Assembly: GCF_000150275.1 (NCBI RefSeq)
Contig: NW_002060944.1
Span: forward strand, 9,675,544-9,739,543
Length of the DNA stretch: 64,000 nt
Origin: Trichoplax adhaerens
Taxonomy: Eukaryota; Animalia; Placozoa
Reading direction: 5' to 3'
The translations under genes and the position numbers were made by a program. Below the pieces are notes generated by a model, which saw only the letters and a program-made list of their open reading frames with translations, did no database searches and was not told the origin of the DNA. Below, in pieces: positions 1-13,700 of the stretch. Each line of letters starts with the position of its first letter. Within the stretch, counting starts at the first letter, position 1.

Positions 1-3000
1 CATAGCATGCTTGCCTCGATATGCGGAAGTTATAAAGAAATAAATAATCCTGTAAAGTACTTTCGGTCGCATAAGGTATGGCTTAAAGGTTTAAATTACA
101 TTATCTGAATTAATTAAGTTCATAGTGAAAACAATACAAGTAATCTTTTAATGCTCTATTTATCAGTTGAAATTACTTGTTGACTTTTCTGCATGACAGT
201 GCAGCTTAAGATCGAATAAGAATAACAAATTGACGATTCATTCACGTAAAGATATAGTCCTGGATTATTATTCAATATTTTAAAACCAATTTCGTTACCG
301 ATTCATCGCTGTGATATATGCCAATCACGAAATTCCAAAATTTAGAAAAATAAGGGCTTTATTGAATCTTATACAAAGATCAACTACACAGTTCTACTGT
401 AGCCGAATACTACTTCTAAAGACTTCTTGAACGAACTAACAGAATAATCTAAAGTTGCATGCTTTTATACTTTCCGTAGCATTCGCAGCTACAATCCGCA
501 TGGCAACCTTTTACCTTATTATACACATAGTTAAATTATTCTTAGTAAGACTATTCTACTGCGGACCATCATTAATCCAATATGCATACGACTATAATAC
601 TTACGCAGACATTATTCACACCAGCCAAAGTAGAATGAATTAACCATATCCTAATATATGATTTACAGTTCTATTTTTACCCATAGCCTTATTAGTAACT
701 CAACAGCTTACTGTATATAGTCATCTGTACTCTAGCATAGAGTCTCTACCACTACAGTCTATAGTTATAGTTACCAAATATCTCTTAGGATAAATATCTA
801 CCGTACATTATGCTACACATGGCTAACAGTCTACAATCACAATACATTATTTACCTGTGCCTCGACAATAAGTGGCATTTTTATACTCATACTCTACGTG
901 TGAAGTACATTCGTGGCACGTTCTTTAAGTAAATGGTAGCTTAGCGAGCTTATCTGATTTGGTATTCTTTAATATTAAATTACAGTGCTGTACTAACCGA
1001 AGGTCTATGGCTATCAAGCCATCCGAATCCACTACAAGTCGAAGGACTTCTCGATAAAACATGATTCCTCAAAAATAGAAAAATATTAATCTAATCATTT
1101 TTTATCGAGAAGTCCCTAGTACAACACGCTACCGTAGTGCGCCATAAATACTAAATGCAAACCAAAAGAGAAATTACTATTGGATACTACTTTTTTCTTT
1201 TTTTACATTACACTCTCTTATATTGTACGTATATACAGTATATTAGCTACTATAAACATTACAGCTTGACTTTAAACAGACGGACATGCGAGTACATGGA
1301 GAAAATACTGATAAATGTTTCGGTTATGCCGGCGTCTAGCAATTTTGTAGCCTTTATTGATATATTTCTATATAGGACCCATCAACAGTTCCATAACTGG
1401 AGAATTATGTCGAAAAAGATAGTAGTACATTCACTTTCTAGTAAATGACTCTTCCCCACACTTGATGTTGATAGTATCGTTTTTGTTCAGATCAGTACAA
1501 TAATGTAACGCAGAGTAGATTCGTATTTTATACGTGTACTTGCGTATTAACTCCAATGTTTTAGATAAGTTCGTATCCATGTTATTCAAGGTACTCTAAA
1601 ATGTGATAAAAAATTATTATACAAAATTTGTGCTTTAATAGTCGGTAGATTAATAGGAATCAAGAAATAAGGATGAAGTTGCGTCTAATCAAGTATAATT
1701 ATGTGGCGCCTGTCTGTTAGTGTGGATATATTATTGACGGTATACGCGCATTAATTATCTATAAGTGCTCGTGTAAGAAACCCTTTAGCATGATTAAAAG
1801 AAAAAAACTTCAATTAGGATCTACTAGTTAATTCGAAATTGATGCCGCTAATACTCTTTTACTATTCCTAAAGGTAATTAATCTTGATATATCATTTTTG
1901 ATTAAGTTATCATCCTTTCTAACGCCAGTTTGCAAATATTAGATCATACTCATACTTACACTAATTTATGACCATGCTTTTAATTATGATAATAATTTCT
2001 AATATAATATTTTGATTTCAACGCTGGATTACAAGGTATTTCAATTTACAAAGGCTTCAATAACTCAAGTCAAGATTATAAACTGCAGTTAATCGAACAT
2101 TGACTTTACTCTTATTCGGTAATTCTTTGCTACGACTGAAACAATCTTTAATTTGCAAGCCGGTAATAAATTGATTATCGCAAGTTTAAATTGTTTTACA
2201 TTAATAGATTGATGATTAGAAACAAGAATATAATACATGACTTAAATGTATACAAAAAAGTTACTACATTAGGCTTAATTTTAATAAATATTTGCCCATA
2301 ATTTCTGTAATAAATAAATCTAGATAAATAATATATGCGCGTATGGTTACGAAAATCGGCTGTAGTTCAATCCGCGGCAATGACTTAATCCATAACTGGG
2401 CAATAAGTTACAAGTTTTTTAGTAGACCTTGTGTTACAAATCTAATTAACTAAGGTCTTCATTATCTTCTACATAAGCAAACTATCGCACTGTTACTAAT
2501 GTTTTAACAAACGCATTGGGTCGTACTATATCTTTAACTCATTCCTTTGCCAAAATTGCAAATAATTCAAAGTTTCGATAGAAATAATCCTTAGCAGCTC
2601 CGAGATGCTGTTATTACGATGGAACAGATAGAGAGGATTGTATGATTACTTTGGAATTGCTACTAAATTCCAAGCTCCAGTTTAATCAATGCTTTTATAC
2701 TTGGATCGTCGATTTTTTCTAGAGCTTGCTTAGCGTGAGATTTATCACCTTTATAATACTCAACTAATTCTTCGCAATACTTTAACCAAACACAATTAGC
2801 ACAGCCACTCATACAACAAGTTACCGGCAGTTCGGGCGGTAATTTCTTGTCGATTGGAGCACTATCTACAATTATAATTATAATTGAAAATTAATCAGAA
2901 TCGTTCATTTATCATTTAAATATTTAAAATACTCGTAGTACCAGATTCTTAGTAAAGCGATACTTTTATGATTAAATCTATTGAAATGACGATATTTACC

Positions 3001-5134
3001 TTTAAGAACTGTGGTGTATGCTATACTACGATAGCGAAAATGTAGCAGGTAATTTATTCCTGAGAACGTAGCAACTTGATTTCCAGAACCCTAGTGGGAA
3101 AGAGTTGAGAATATTTTATTAATTTTAGCTTGTAAACTTGCTAATAGCAAATCGAGCATAAATCAGAGCGTAAATAAACATATAATTATTATACTTTAAT
3201 TATTATTGGAAAAGGAAATCAATGTGGAAACAATTCTTATGAGGACACCCGCAGGTGCTCGCTTAATTTTTGAAGTTGCATCATCCGATCAGTTATTTTA
3301 AAGTAATAAATTAACTACATTAAACTTGTAATTGTGCTAAAGCATACAGGTTGACTTTTATTGCAATATTCCTACACCGGTAGTATCATATTTATTTCTC
3401 TGCAGTAGCTTAGATTTCCTCGTTACAAATTACGATTTATAACAATGTGGGCAACCTTACTGCTTCTTGACGATTTTCAAATTCTTTAGAACTATTAATC
3501 TTTTTTGCAGCTATTCGAATAGGATCTTGTATGGATATCTACTAGTATTCTTGTAGTGTACAAAATCAACAGTACTGTGTAGAGGAGAATGGAGATCCTT
3601 TGCAATGTTGCATCATCTGATGAAATTTATTACAAAGTCAGAGTTTACTGCATTAAACTCGTATTTGCACTAAGCCATTGATACGGTGTTATACACTATA
3701 ATGTCTAGATTAGAGTAGAAATATCTATGTTAGGATAATTTTGTTGATATACCCTTATTTAAAAAGTTTCTAAGTTAGATATGTGATGTTTAAATATAGT
3801 ACTAGCTTTTTCGGTGCTATATACAGATACAGCCAACTGAAATTAGTAGTTTAACTTAACTAGGGAATCTAGAATAGTCATTATACAATTCAAATCACTG
3901 TGATTGTAACTTACTTATGGTAGATTGCAGATTATCGCAGAAATATTCCGTGATAAGAGATATTGTAACCTGACAATTTTGTATTAGTCATTCGATGTCT
4001 ATGTTCATAAATACTGTTGTTTTCATTAGGTAGCAGTAGATGAAATTAGCTTTTAATTGATTAGCAGGTTTCAACGTTAATACAAGTATTACTAACTAGG
4101 ATGTCTTTGCTATTGTAAAAGACAATATAAATGCGAAATATCGTATAATAAAGGGAGCGTTTAAGATTAGTATTTAGCGTAAGATACAAGGCGTCTAAGT
4201 CTTTTTGTAGTCTACTATTATAGGAAAAGTGTTCCTGAAATTGTAGATATTGCTCCCCGATACGTGGTTCAGGGAATCGACTTAATGATCGTACATTACG
4301 TTATCTTGTTGCAAAGCTGTTTTGTAACAGCCGTCGATGTTGATGTTGATCCAATACCTTACGACTTACTTAATATAACTATATCAGCAGAACTATGTGA
4401 TTCCTGTTTAACTTAGCAGTAATGTACTTGCATATTAATCGTGACAAGTAGAGAAATCCTTCTAGGTGAATGTGTATCTGTTACAGTATCCATCATACTT
4501 TGACGTGAACCGGTGAACGATCCCTTGACTACCTCAACAATTGCTTCCAGGAATGAACAAGAAAGATTAAAATAATCATGATTTTATCGACAAACCTTTG
4601 ATACATAAGCATATCTGCAAGCTAACTTGCCCATTGAAAGGACGAATGCAGTCGCATTGGCCATTTTATCTCCTCTTAAAGTAGCCAACACATAATGCCA
4701 TTGGCTTGATTTTGCAACAATATCACAATATTGTCGGCATGATGATCATGAAGTAGCACCTTGTAATCCAGTTAGAATAGATCAAAAATCTCCGTTAACT
4801 TAATCAATAGCCCATTCTATATTTAACGAAGGAGGAGAGTGGTTAAGATGCCATTTACGCTGGTTTAAGCCAATTTGATGAGTTGCTGCTAGAAGTTGAT
4901 AGAAGGACTGCCGGCTGCTGGCCTTCAAATTGGGTTCCACTACCGTATTTATAGTACAGTACAGTATAATGGCCGGATGGTAACATGGGTGGGTACATGG
5001 CCATTTTGTAATAAGGTATAACTGGGTGTACCAGTCAGTATTCAATAGCCATACAAAACTATACAGCACTGAGAGTATGGAGGCCATGGTCGCCATAAGG
5101 ACATCCTTACATCATGGATACGAAAGTTTCAGTT

Positions 5135-5935
5135 ATCAGATTAATATACGCATATTTATTGCTTCGAACAAGTTATCCATATAGAATGTATAGTTTTGAA
5201 CAAGCTTTCCACATAGAATGCACAGTTTTGGATTAATTCGATCTAGCAAATTTAAGAGAGAAATCGGAAGGGTAAATGATGTCTACCACACGATATGAAT
5301 TTGATCCATAGAATTAATATACGCGTATTGATTACTTCGAACAAGTTGCCCATAGAGAACGTACAGTTTTAGATTAATTTAATTTAGCAAATGTAGGAGA
5401 GAAATCGTAGTCCTTCAAATCGGAAGGATAATAGATCTATACTACCTGATATGGATTTCATCCGTAGAATAGTTTTGTATTCTCGCGCAATTATTATATA
5501 CTTTACCATAATATAGTATAGTATATTCCTCTCTTTTTACTTCCAGCAGTTGGTGATGAAACATATCTTCCACATTGGGTATGTAATCGTTTAACAATTT
5601 AACTAGAGATTAATTAATCAGATTAATATTTATTCTATCAAGCAAGTTATCCCTTTATAAATGCACTATCCCGTTAGTTCTACTTCAATCAATTAGCTAT
5701 GAACCATATCTTCCACATAGGGTATGTAATCATTGAATAATTAAACTAGAGATTCATTAATCAGATTAATATTTATTCTATTCAACAAGTTATCCGTTTA
5801 TAAATGTACAGCGTTGGATTGATTCGATCTGTTAAATTTAGGAGAGAAATCGTAGTATTTCTAATCACAGTGGCAAAATGGTCTATAACACCCGTTATGT
5901 ATTTCATCGATAGAATAACTCTGTATTCTCGTACT
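5135..5935. repeat. Degenerate tandem repeat cluster
   Basis: Recurring AACAAGTTATCC, GGAGAGAAATCG, ATTAATATACGC and CATATCTTCCACAT blocks. Confidence 0.75.
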
Positions 5936-8309
5936 AACATTACCTTTATCAAGCCTATTTTCTACGGTGGGATCTAATCATTTATGAATTAAATTATAGA
6001 AAATACGAGCACTCCTGTCTATTAGATCAATGGATTAGGAAAATAAAACTATCGCAACCCACCGAGGATTGATCGCTCCTGGACGACATATCTCGCACCA
6101 TCAAATATAATAATTTTCGATCAAATACCCGCATTTTATAGAGATTATCCGCTTAAAATGAGTAGTAAAGATTCATTTATTCGACTAATGGATTTCACGG
6201 AATACGTTGTTCACGGCTTATATGCAGTTTTAAATTTTACTCGATCTGAAAATTTGAGAGAAGTAACATAGTCGTTCGAATCAAAAGGGCAAATTGATCT
6301 ATACTACCATGTATGTATTGGAATGAAAGTATAGCTTTGTATTCCCATCAAAATATTATATGTACTCACAAATTAATCTAATCATCAGTCTAAACAATTC
6401 ATTTAATAAAATTAACGAAGGACACTGGATGAATCTTAAAATAATAAATGAAGTAAAACAGCTGTTGAAAGCTTATTACAGTTCTAATCAGAAAGTAATT
6501 TCTATCATTCTAATAGCGTTTGGAATAAATATTTGAATTATAAAGGTTTTACTTCCGCTAAAATATATATCAAATGGTTTGATTTAAGGCTAATAATTTG
6601 TCACTAAAAATTAGAAAAACATCTTTACTGTACTGTCATCGTAGGAAAGTTTAGAGTATTTCCAATACTTGTCTAGACTGTTCAATCTATACTGATTATC
6701 ATTTCATTTCATGATATTAACTTATTGATATTGATGCTATTTGTCATCTCCTAATTGACATAAAAAACTACTCAGGCAAGATGATACACTAAATGATCAA
6801 TATTCAAATAGTATAATTCCAAAATTTTGACGAATGCTCGTTACTTGCGTTCAGTATGGATCTTCTCCTTTCAGCAGGTTTATTCTAATTTATCTTAGCA
6901 GTGACGTTTTCTAACGATAATCTTAAGCAGAGCTAGTTTCTCTCTATATTTAAAGTGACATAATCTGTTTTTTACATGCTGATAATATCTTAAGCCCAAA
7001 GGTAAAGGTACATAGATATTATATTCTAAATTGAACATCCTACTTTCTAAAATTGAATTGAAATTATTGTATTATATCTATGATCAATATAGTCTTCAAA
7101 AGATGATATTAAGGTAAATACTGTCACTAATGTCGCTTTATTATAGCCCATGTCATCTTTAGGCCGAGTTTATCAATGCAAACTAGTACTGAAAAATAGC
7201 ATCAATGAGGTTTACATCGATCGATTAGAACTAACATTATAATATTAAATAGGTGTGGTTTATTTTCTTATTGTAGTCTAATGGCATACTGACAATGTTT
7301 CACTATGCTGGACTATAACATATTAGCGATATATGGGGGATAAGAACGAAATTTCAAATACATTAAAATGGCTTATGAGCAAGGTATCCATTCGTTCCAT
7401 TAAACTCAATCCATCTATTTTGACGTGAAATAGAAATTTTTAAACATTTTACTTTAAAAATACTTTAACAAATACTTTAAAATGACTTATGAACAGTGTA
7501 TTCATTCGTTCCATTATGATACGAAATAGAAATTTTTATATATTTTGCAATAGTCTATACAGTAATATTGATCGGTAGAACAATCTTCTTGCAACTTATC
7601 GTAGAAAGCCTACTTCCTAAGGTATCAACAACGTAGAAATGGTCGACACTTTAAAATAAACAAGGACTAAAACACATTTTTAGTACAGTATTACTATAAT
7701 TAGTCAGCGTAGCCACAACATACTAAATGAAGATGGATAAAATTGTACTAAAGAGCTTGAAAGTATTTACAATAATCGTTACTCTAGACATTTGCAGTTT
7801 CCCTACTCTTCTTTCATATCGGAATAAGCTTTGATCCTCCAATATCTGTGAGAGTAGACCTCGTCGTCGATTTTCATTATAATCCCTACTGCAACATCGT
7901 AATATTCAATCCTCCTTGAACAATTATACAAATAGATGGAGGATGATATTTAAACTTCTCTCCTTTTAAAACAGTTCCTGTACATCTCCTCATTTATAAC
8001 AAATTTTAACTCTCATTCATTATCGATGAAAATAGCGCTTGTTGTTTATATTTAATAGGCCGGCTGTTATGTAAAAGTGCGACATTGTAGCTCGTATTAG
8101 TGTATCTTTGGTATCTGGACCAGGTACAAGATGCAGTGATGAGATGATATGGTAATAGGGATGACTAGCATTAGAAGTGTGAAGATTTTGCATATATGAA
8201 TTATATAAATAAGCTAAGCTAATATAATAAAATAGTTCTTAATCACCTAAGCTTGTGGAGTCACTGAGTTACTATTCGCTAAGGTTCTACTAGCTAGAGA
8301 CGAAACACC

Positions 8310-9185
8310 TGCAATGATCATTTTGATTGCTCCTATCCTAGTATAACCTTATCATTTTCTCGAATGTCTCATGCAGTCCTAGTCACGGCGAATTTTAACC
8401 CCGTGTTTAAATTAAAATTAGTGCTTCATTCTTTCAACTTTGCATAGTTCCTTAAAGCTTGTTGATGTCTAACGCAAGTTGTGCTTTTCTTCGAGCAGGT
8501 TGCTACCTTACTAGGGCTTTCAATCATCATTTTGATCGCTCTTGTCCTAGTATAACCTCGTCATTTTCTCACATTGTCCAAACAGCACCACCAAAGTGAA
8601 TTTCAGCCCCATCGGCGTATGTAGAATATTGGTATTTATCATCGATTGCTGATGAAATTAGAACTTTTTGTTTATATTTTATAGGTCTTCAATGATCATT
8701 TTGATCACTCTTGCCCTAGTATAACCTCATTCTTATCTCCGATTGTTCCATGCAGCCTTAGCCAAGACGAATTCTAGTCCCATATTTAAATTAATATTAG
8801 TACCAAATTTTCTCAACTTGAAGCAGTCCATGTCTAGCACAAGTTAAACTTTCACCGAACTTGTTGTGTTTAACTTGGAAGGGAATGCAATCATCATTTC
8901 GATCGCCCTTGTCCTAGTATTACCTCATCCTTTTCTCCTATTTTTCAATTATCCCCTTTAGCCCTAGCCAAGGTGAATTCCAGTCCCACATTTAAATTAA
9001 TTTTAGTACTTCATTTTGTCAACTTTCAACAGTCCACATGTAGCACAAGATTGCACTTTCATCGAGCTTGTTACTTATCTTGGAAGGACCAGCAATCATC
9101 CATTTTAGATGGCCCTAGTCCTATTATAATCTCATCGTTTCTCCAATTGTCTCATCCATCCTAGTCAATGTAAATTCCAGCCCTA
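8310..9185. repeat. Degenerate tandem repeat, five ~170-210-bp units
   Basis: CAAT(G/C)ATCATTTTGAT...CCTAGTATAACCT recurs at ~8312, 8521, 8690, 8888 and 9093. Confidence 0.8.
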
Positions 9186-10702
9186 TCTCTCAATTTCCAT
9201 TTGGATGCCTATCCAGATGCTAGTTTATGCAAATAAGTTAAAACAGAATGGCGAGACAATAAATAATAAAGTCTTTGCTGGCAGGACAATAAGGTGATGG
9301 ACAATAACAGTTAATTTGAAAAGATGACGTAGCCATTAAGCTTTGTTGTTCGATTACTCAAGTTGGAAAATTAGGATAGGCAATAGGGCTTGAAGAATTG
9401 GATTAATATTAGTAAATAGACTGATTCCTCTCTTGCTGCCTATAGTTGATCATCCAGAATGGATTGAGATGACTGTATTGTATACGAAGGGAGTTACCAT
9501 CGATCGATTAGGAATCAACGTTGCAACTATCCAACACCCCCACCAGTATCATCATTCTTGTCGCTATTTGCCATGCCAACGTTATTTGCCATCCATTTGT
9601 TAATGATCGTTGGTCGAGAAAACTTGCTAAGAAAATAAATAAACTCTCTTCTGTCCTACAGAGTAATTGGAATTCTTGCTTGAGTTGGATTCCAAGTTAT
9701 TCTATCCTACAGGATAAGGTATGTGATGAGTGTATAAAATTGAATCCATAGTCTAAATGAAGATAAGCCGATCCAATAAGAACATTATTGTTCATCTCTA
9801 TTGGACAGCATTGTTGGATAGGCAAAGATGGCGATGACTGTCTTATGATTGATTGCATGCGGACATAGACGCCATCGCCTTGCTCTCTCTCTCTTCTTTT
9901 CGTTCACTTCTACCCTTGATAACTGTAATAATAACTTTAAAAAATCTCCATTTCAATCTCAGCCAGTCTATTTAATAGAAAACCATTGAAAATGGGTGTG
10001 AGAAAGGAAAGAAATTAATAAATTAGTTATGCAACCATGACTCTATCGACAAGAAGAAAAGACATATCTTCTCCTTTTTTTCTATCTTTCTAACTGACTT
10101 TGTTCAGAGTAATGGAGTTCTATCTTCTGTCGATGATATTGAAGGATGGAGTTATAAATGTATTCTTTCACTATAAGATATTGTTTCTATCTTGTATTTG
10201 CTCTATCTGCACTTATTTTCACAGAAGAGAAAGAAAAAGAGAGTAAACGCTAGCTAGTTTGAAAGTAAATTGGTGTCAATGGCTTGTTCATTGGCTTGCT
10301 AATGAATATGTTACATGATTACCTTGACAAATGCGCTCATTTGACCGTTTACAATTTCATTTGTCTTCATGACTTCCTGTACAGTTATTATCATCTGGAT
10401 AGAATGATGATGATTATGTTATTGCTTGATGGTATTCTATACTTGATCAATCAGGAGGAATGCCAAATAGCCATCCTCTATAAATATCCTTCATTTTGAT
10501 GTATATGATTTTGATTGCATTCTAGGCTAGCCATCGTTGCTACCGTTAAAGAGTGGAAAGTCTCAACTCCTTTTACCCATTTCATTCCGTGAATTCGTTG
10601 GAGAACCTTATCCACAGAAAGAGTGGAAAGTCGTTCTGATTAACTTGAACTTCAATTACTTCATCTTGATTCCTCTCCCACTATACATCTATTCATCGAA
10701 TC

Positions 10703-13700
10703 ATGGCTGATGATAATAATAGAACTTCTAATGAACGTGTTGATCATACATGCAAGGTTAGTAGTCAAGCTAGAAATATCCATTTCTTATATGATGAAGT
10801 AAAATTATCCAATATCAAACTAGTCCTCGAATCGTGTATAAAATCATCAGTACTCGTAGTCGATTATTTTCAATCCGAGATATAAACTTGATTCTTTCCC
10901 TTCAACATAAACTATCTTATGTCGTTGTATCGCTTTATTACCAACTGTCCTTTTTAAAATTTTGTCTTCTCAACAACTTGATTAAGCTTAGTTTAATAAA
11001 GTCTACGACAGCTATTTCATTTCTCCCATTGATTAGTATAGTATTGGATTTAACCTTGTTATACGACTTTTCTAGGTTATGCTGATTGGCGATTCCGGTG
11101 TAGGCAAAACATGCGTTTTAGTCCGATATAAAAATGGTGCATTCTTGTCTGGTTCATTTATTTCAACAGTTGGATTAGATTTTCGTGTAAGTAGATTAGT
11201 TAGCTTAGTCGATGTTGCAATCGTTTTGTTTCTATGCCATTTATTACATTTTATCGTGTTATTTTGTATAATACTGACGTAAGGTATCTCAGTCTCTGAC
11301 TAATAACGAGTTACAACTTTAATCGCGATCTTGATTGAAATAGACTTGTAGTCAATGAAAATTGCCTTGTCTATCATTTTTCTTATGTTCTGTTCTATTT
11401 TAATTGAACTACAGTAGAAAATAGAGCTTTCATATCTTATAACTCTTGAGGAAAGCAAATTAATAGACTGATATTAGTCGTTGATCAATAAGGAGTAACA
11501 ACTTTGGTTATGATCTTGATTGAAATGGACGTGTAGTCATTGAAATTTCGATGTCCATCATTTTCTCTATTGACTACTCTATTCTAATTTAGCCGCAGTA
11601 GAAAATAGAGCTTTAATGTCTTTATAAATCTAGAGGAAAACAAACTAATAGGCTTACAAATTAGAATAGTAACCATTTAAGACCACGCTTGGAATTGTTT
11701 ATACAATCTATTCTATCCTTTCCTTCTTTTTCTTTTGGGCACTTTTACTCCCTCTTCTTTCTCATGCAAAGGCAATTTTCTCTTAGCAATAGCCATTCCT
11801 ATCGTCTTCAATATATTGAAAATTCATCAAGTCTGGCGACATGGTCGCAAATGGTCTCTAGCACCTTATTAAATGATTGTATTTTACATTATTCAACAGT
11901 ATTTGTACCATCCTTCTGACGTGAAAAGTCGGGCGAGTAGTTTTTTCATTGCCCTAGGTATTTTCCTATTCTTCTCCCAACATAATATCGCACTAATTCA
12001 AAGTCAATAAGATCAGATGAGGAAGCTATAAATAAGCTAGGATAAAACTATTCCAATTGCTCATTTATCGCTTACAAGATTGTTTTCATGGTCATAAAAT
12101 TGGGCCAATAAGCAATGAAGTTGTATGATATTGGCCAAACTTGTAAGGATTGTCACATTACTCAAGCTTTCCTGTTTTCATTTCTCTTCCATTCCTTTAA
12201 TAAATAACCTCAACCATTCTTCCTTGTAACGGAATGAAACCTTCGTACTTGGGACTATTTATTAGTTCATGGCCAGTGATCAACATTAAACTGCAATGTT
12301 AGTCAACAAAACCCATGTCTTGATAGTCTTTCTTCCGAAAGTTAGGAAAAGTGGTTGGAGCTTTTAATAAGCTACAAACCATCAGTCATAGCTACTAATT
12401 CGATGGTAGTAAAGCAAGACGAGTGTTCTTGGAAGGATTAGACGAAATATATCGCCATTTAGCTTATTCAACCTAGCCATCCAGTTATTGAAAATGGTTA
12501 TATAAACTCTGTTCGTTGTCTAACAAGACAAATGTTTCTTTCTTCAACGATTAACCGGAGTTGCTGTCATAGTTTAGGCTATCTTAAGGTATCTACTTGG
12601 AAAATTTTATCAGCTCTCGCCCGTTAACTTAGTGTAAGGCAATAATTCTTTCTAATCAGGCAGCCTAATCTGGCATAAAATATCATATAGCACGACTGAA
12701 TCCGAGAGCAGCTACAATAATGATTTCTTCTAGCACCAATTCAGATGGCCTGCCATCTTCACTATTTCTTTCCTAAACCATTAGCGATATTTATTATAAA
12801 CGTTTAGTTCGTGATCGTTGATGTACCCTACAATTTCATCGGCTATCGTTGGTCAGCTTATCATAGAATTAGAGTAAAGCAACCTAGGAGGACTGTTGTT
12901 ATGTTCTTAAACCTGCCATAAATATATCTGATATCGCCATTGAACTAAAGTATAGTTATGGCAGTGGTTCTTTCCCGAACGAATCCAGATGGCCATTTTC
13001 TAGTATTCCTATCTTCAAATATGAACGAAAGTGGTTAGAATGAATTAGGCAATCTTAGGTCGTCTACCTGGGCAATTGCATCGGCCACAGTTGGTAAATG
13101 TATTTAATCTAAGCACATTGATGTCAGTAATTCTTTCGAGAGTAAATACAGAAGGCCAATTCTACAGTTGAAGCAATCCAAGTTTTACAGGAATAAGAGC
13201 ATAATATCATAGTTAGTGCGGCAATTCTATCTCAAACCACTGGTAATCATCATGCTAGCTGTCAAAGCAATCAACTTTTACATCACATCATCAGCCATCG
13301 TTAATCATTCCTGAACATAGGTTGAGTAGTAAGAGAATAAGTATCCCATCTTGTGCAAACACAGCTCAGTGGTGTAACTATTAAAACTATTAAAGTTAGA
13401 CATCAAAGTATTTTATAGTCGTCATTTAAACTAAGCAAAGTAATCCGTTAAGGTTGATCTTCCTTCTTGAATGATGATATTGGATTCTTAAAACAGTTTA
13501 AGCCATTTCAAACATAGTTCAAGCTATCCATTAATACGTTAAAGTGCCTTAAAATTTAAAGTAAACGATTGGAGATTATCACTATAAGGGGTTAAGCTAT
13601 TTAAGTATAACGCAAAATCTTGAACTATCTTATTTAACCTTACACTTAGGACAAAAAATTAACTTTACTTTTCAGCAATAAGTGATGATGAGTAACAGCC

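Noticed and set aside
455-10499. Short ORFs in the first 10.5 kb
   Set aside because: They have AT-driven composition, no recognisable motifs and no consistent splice chain.
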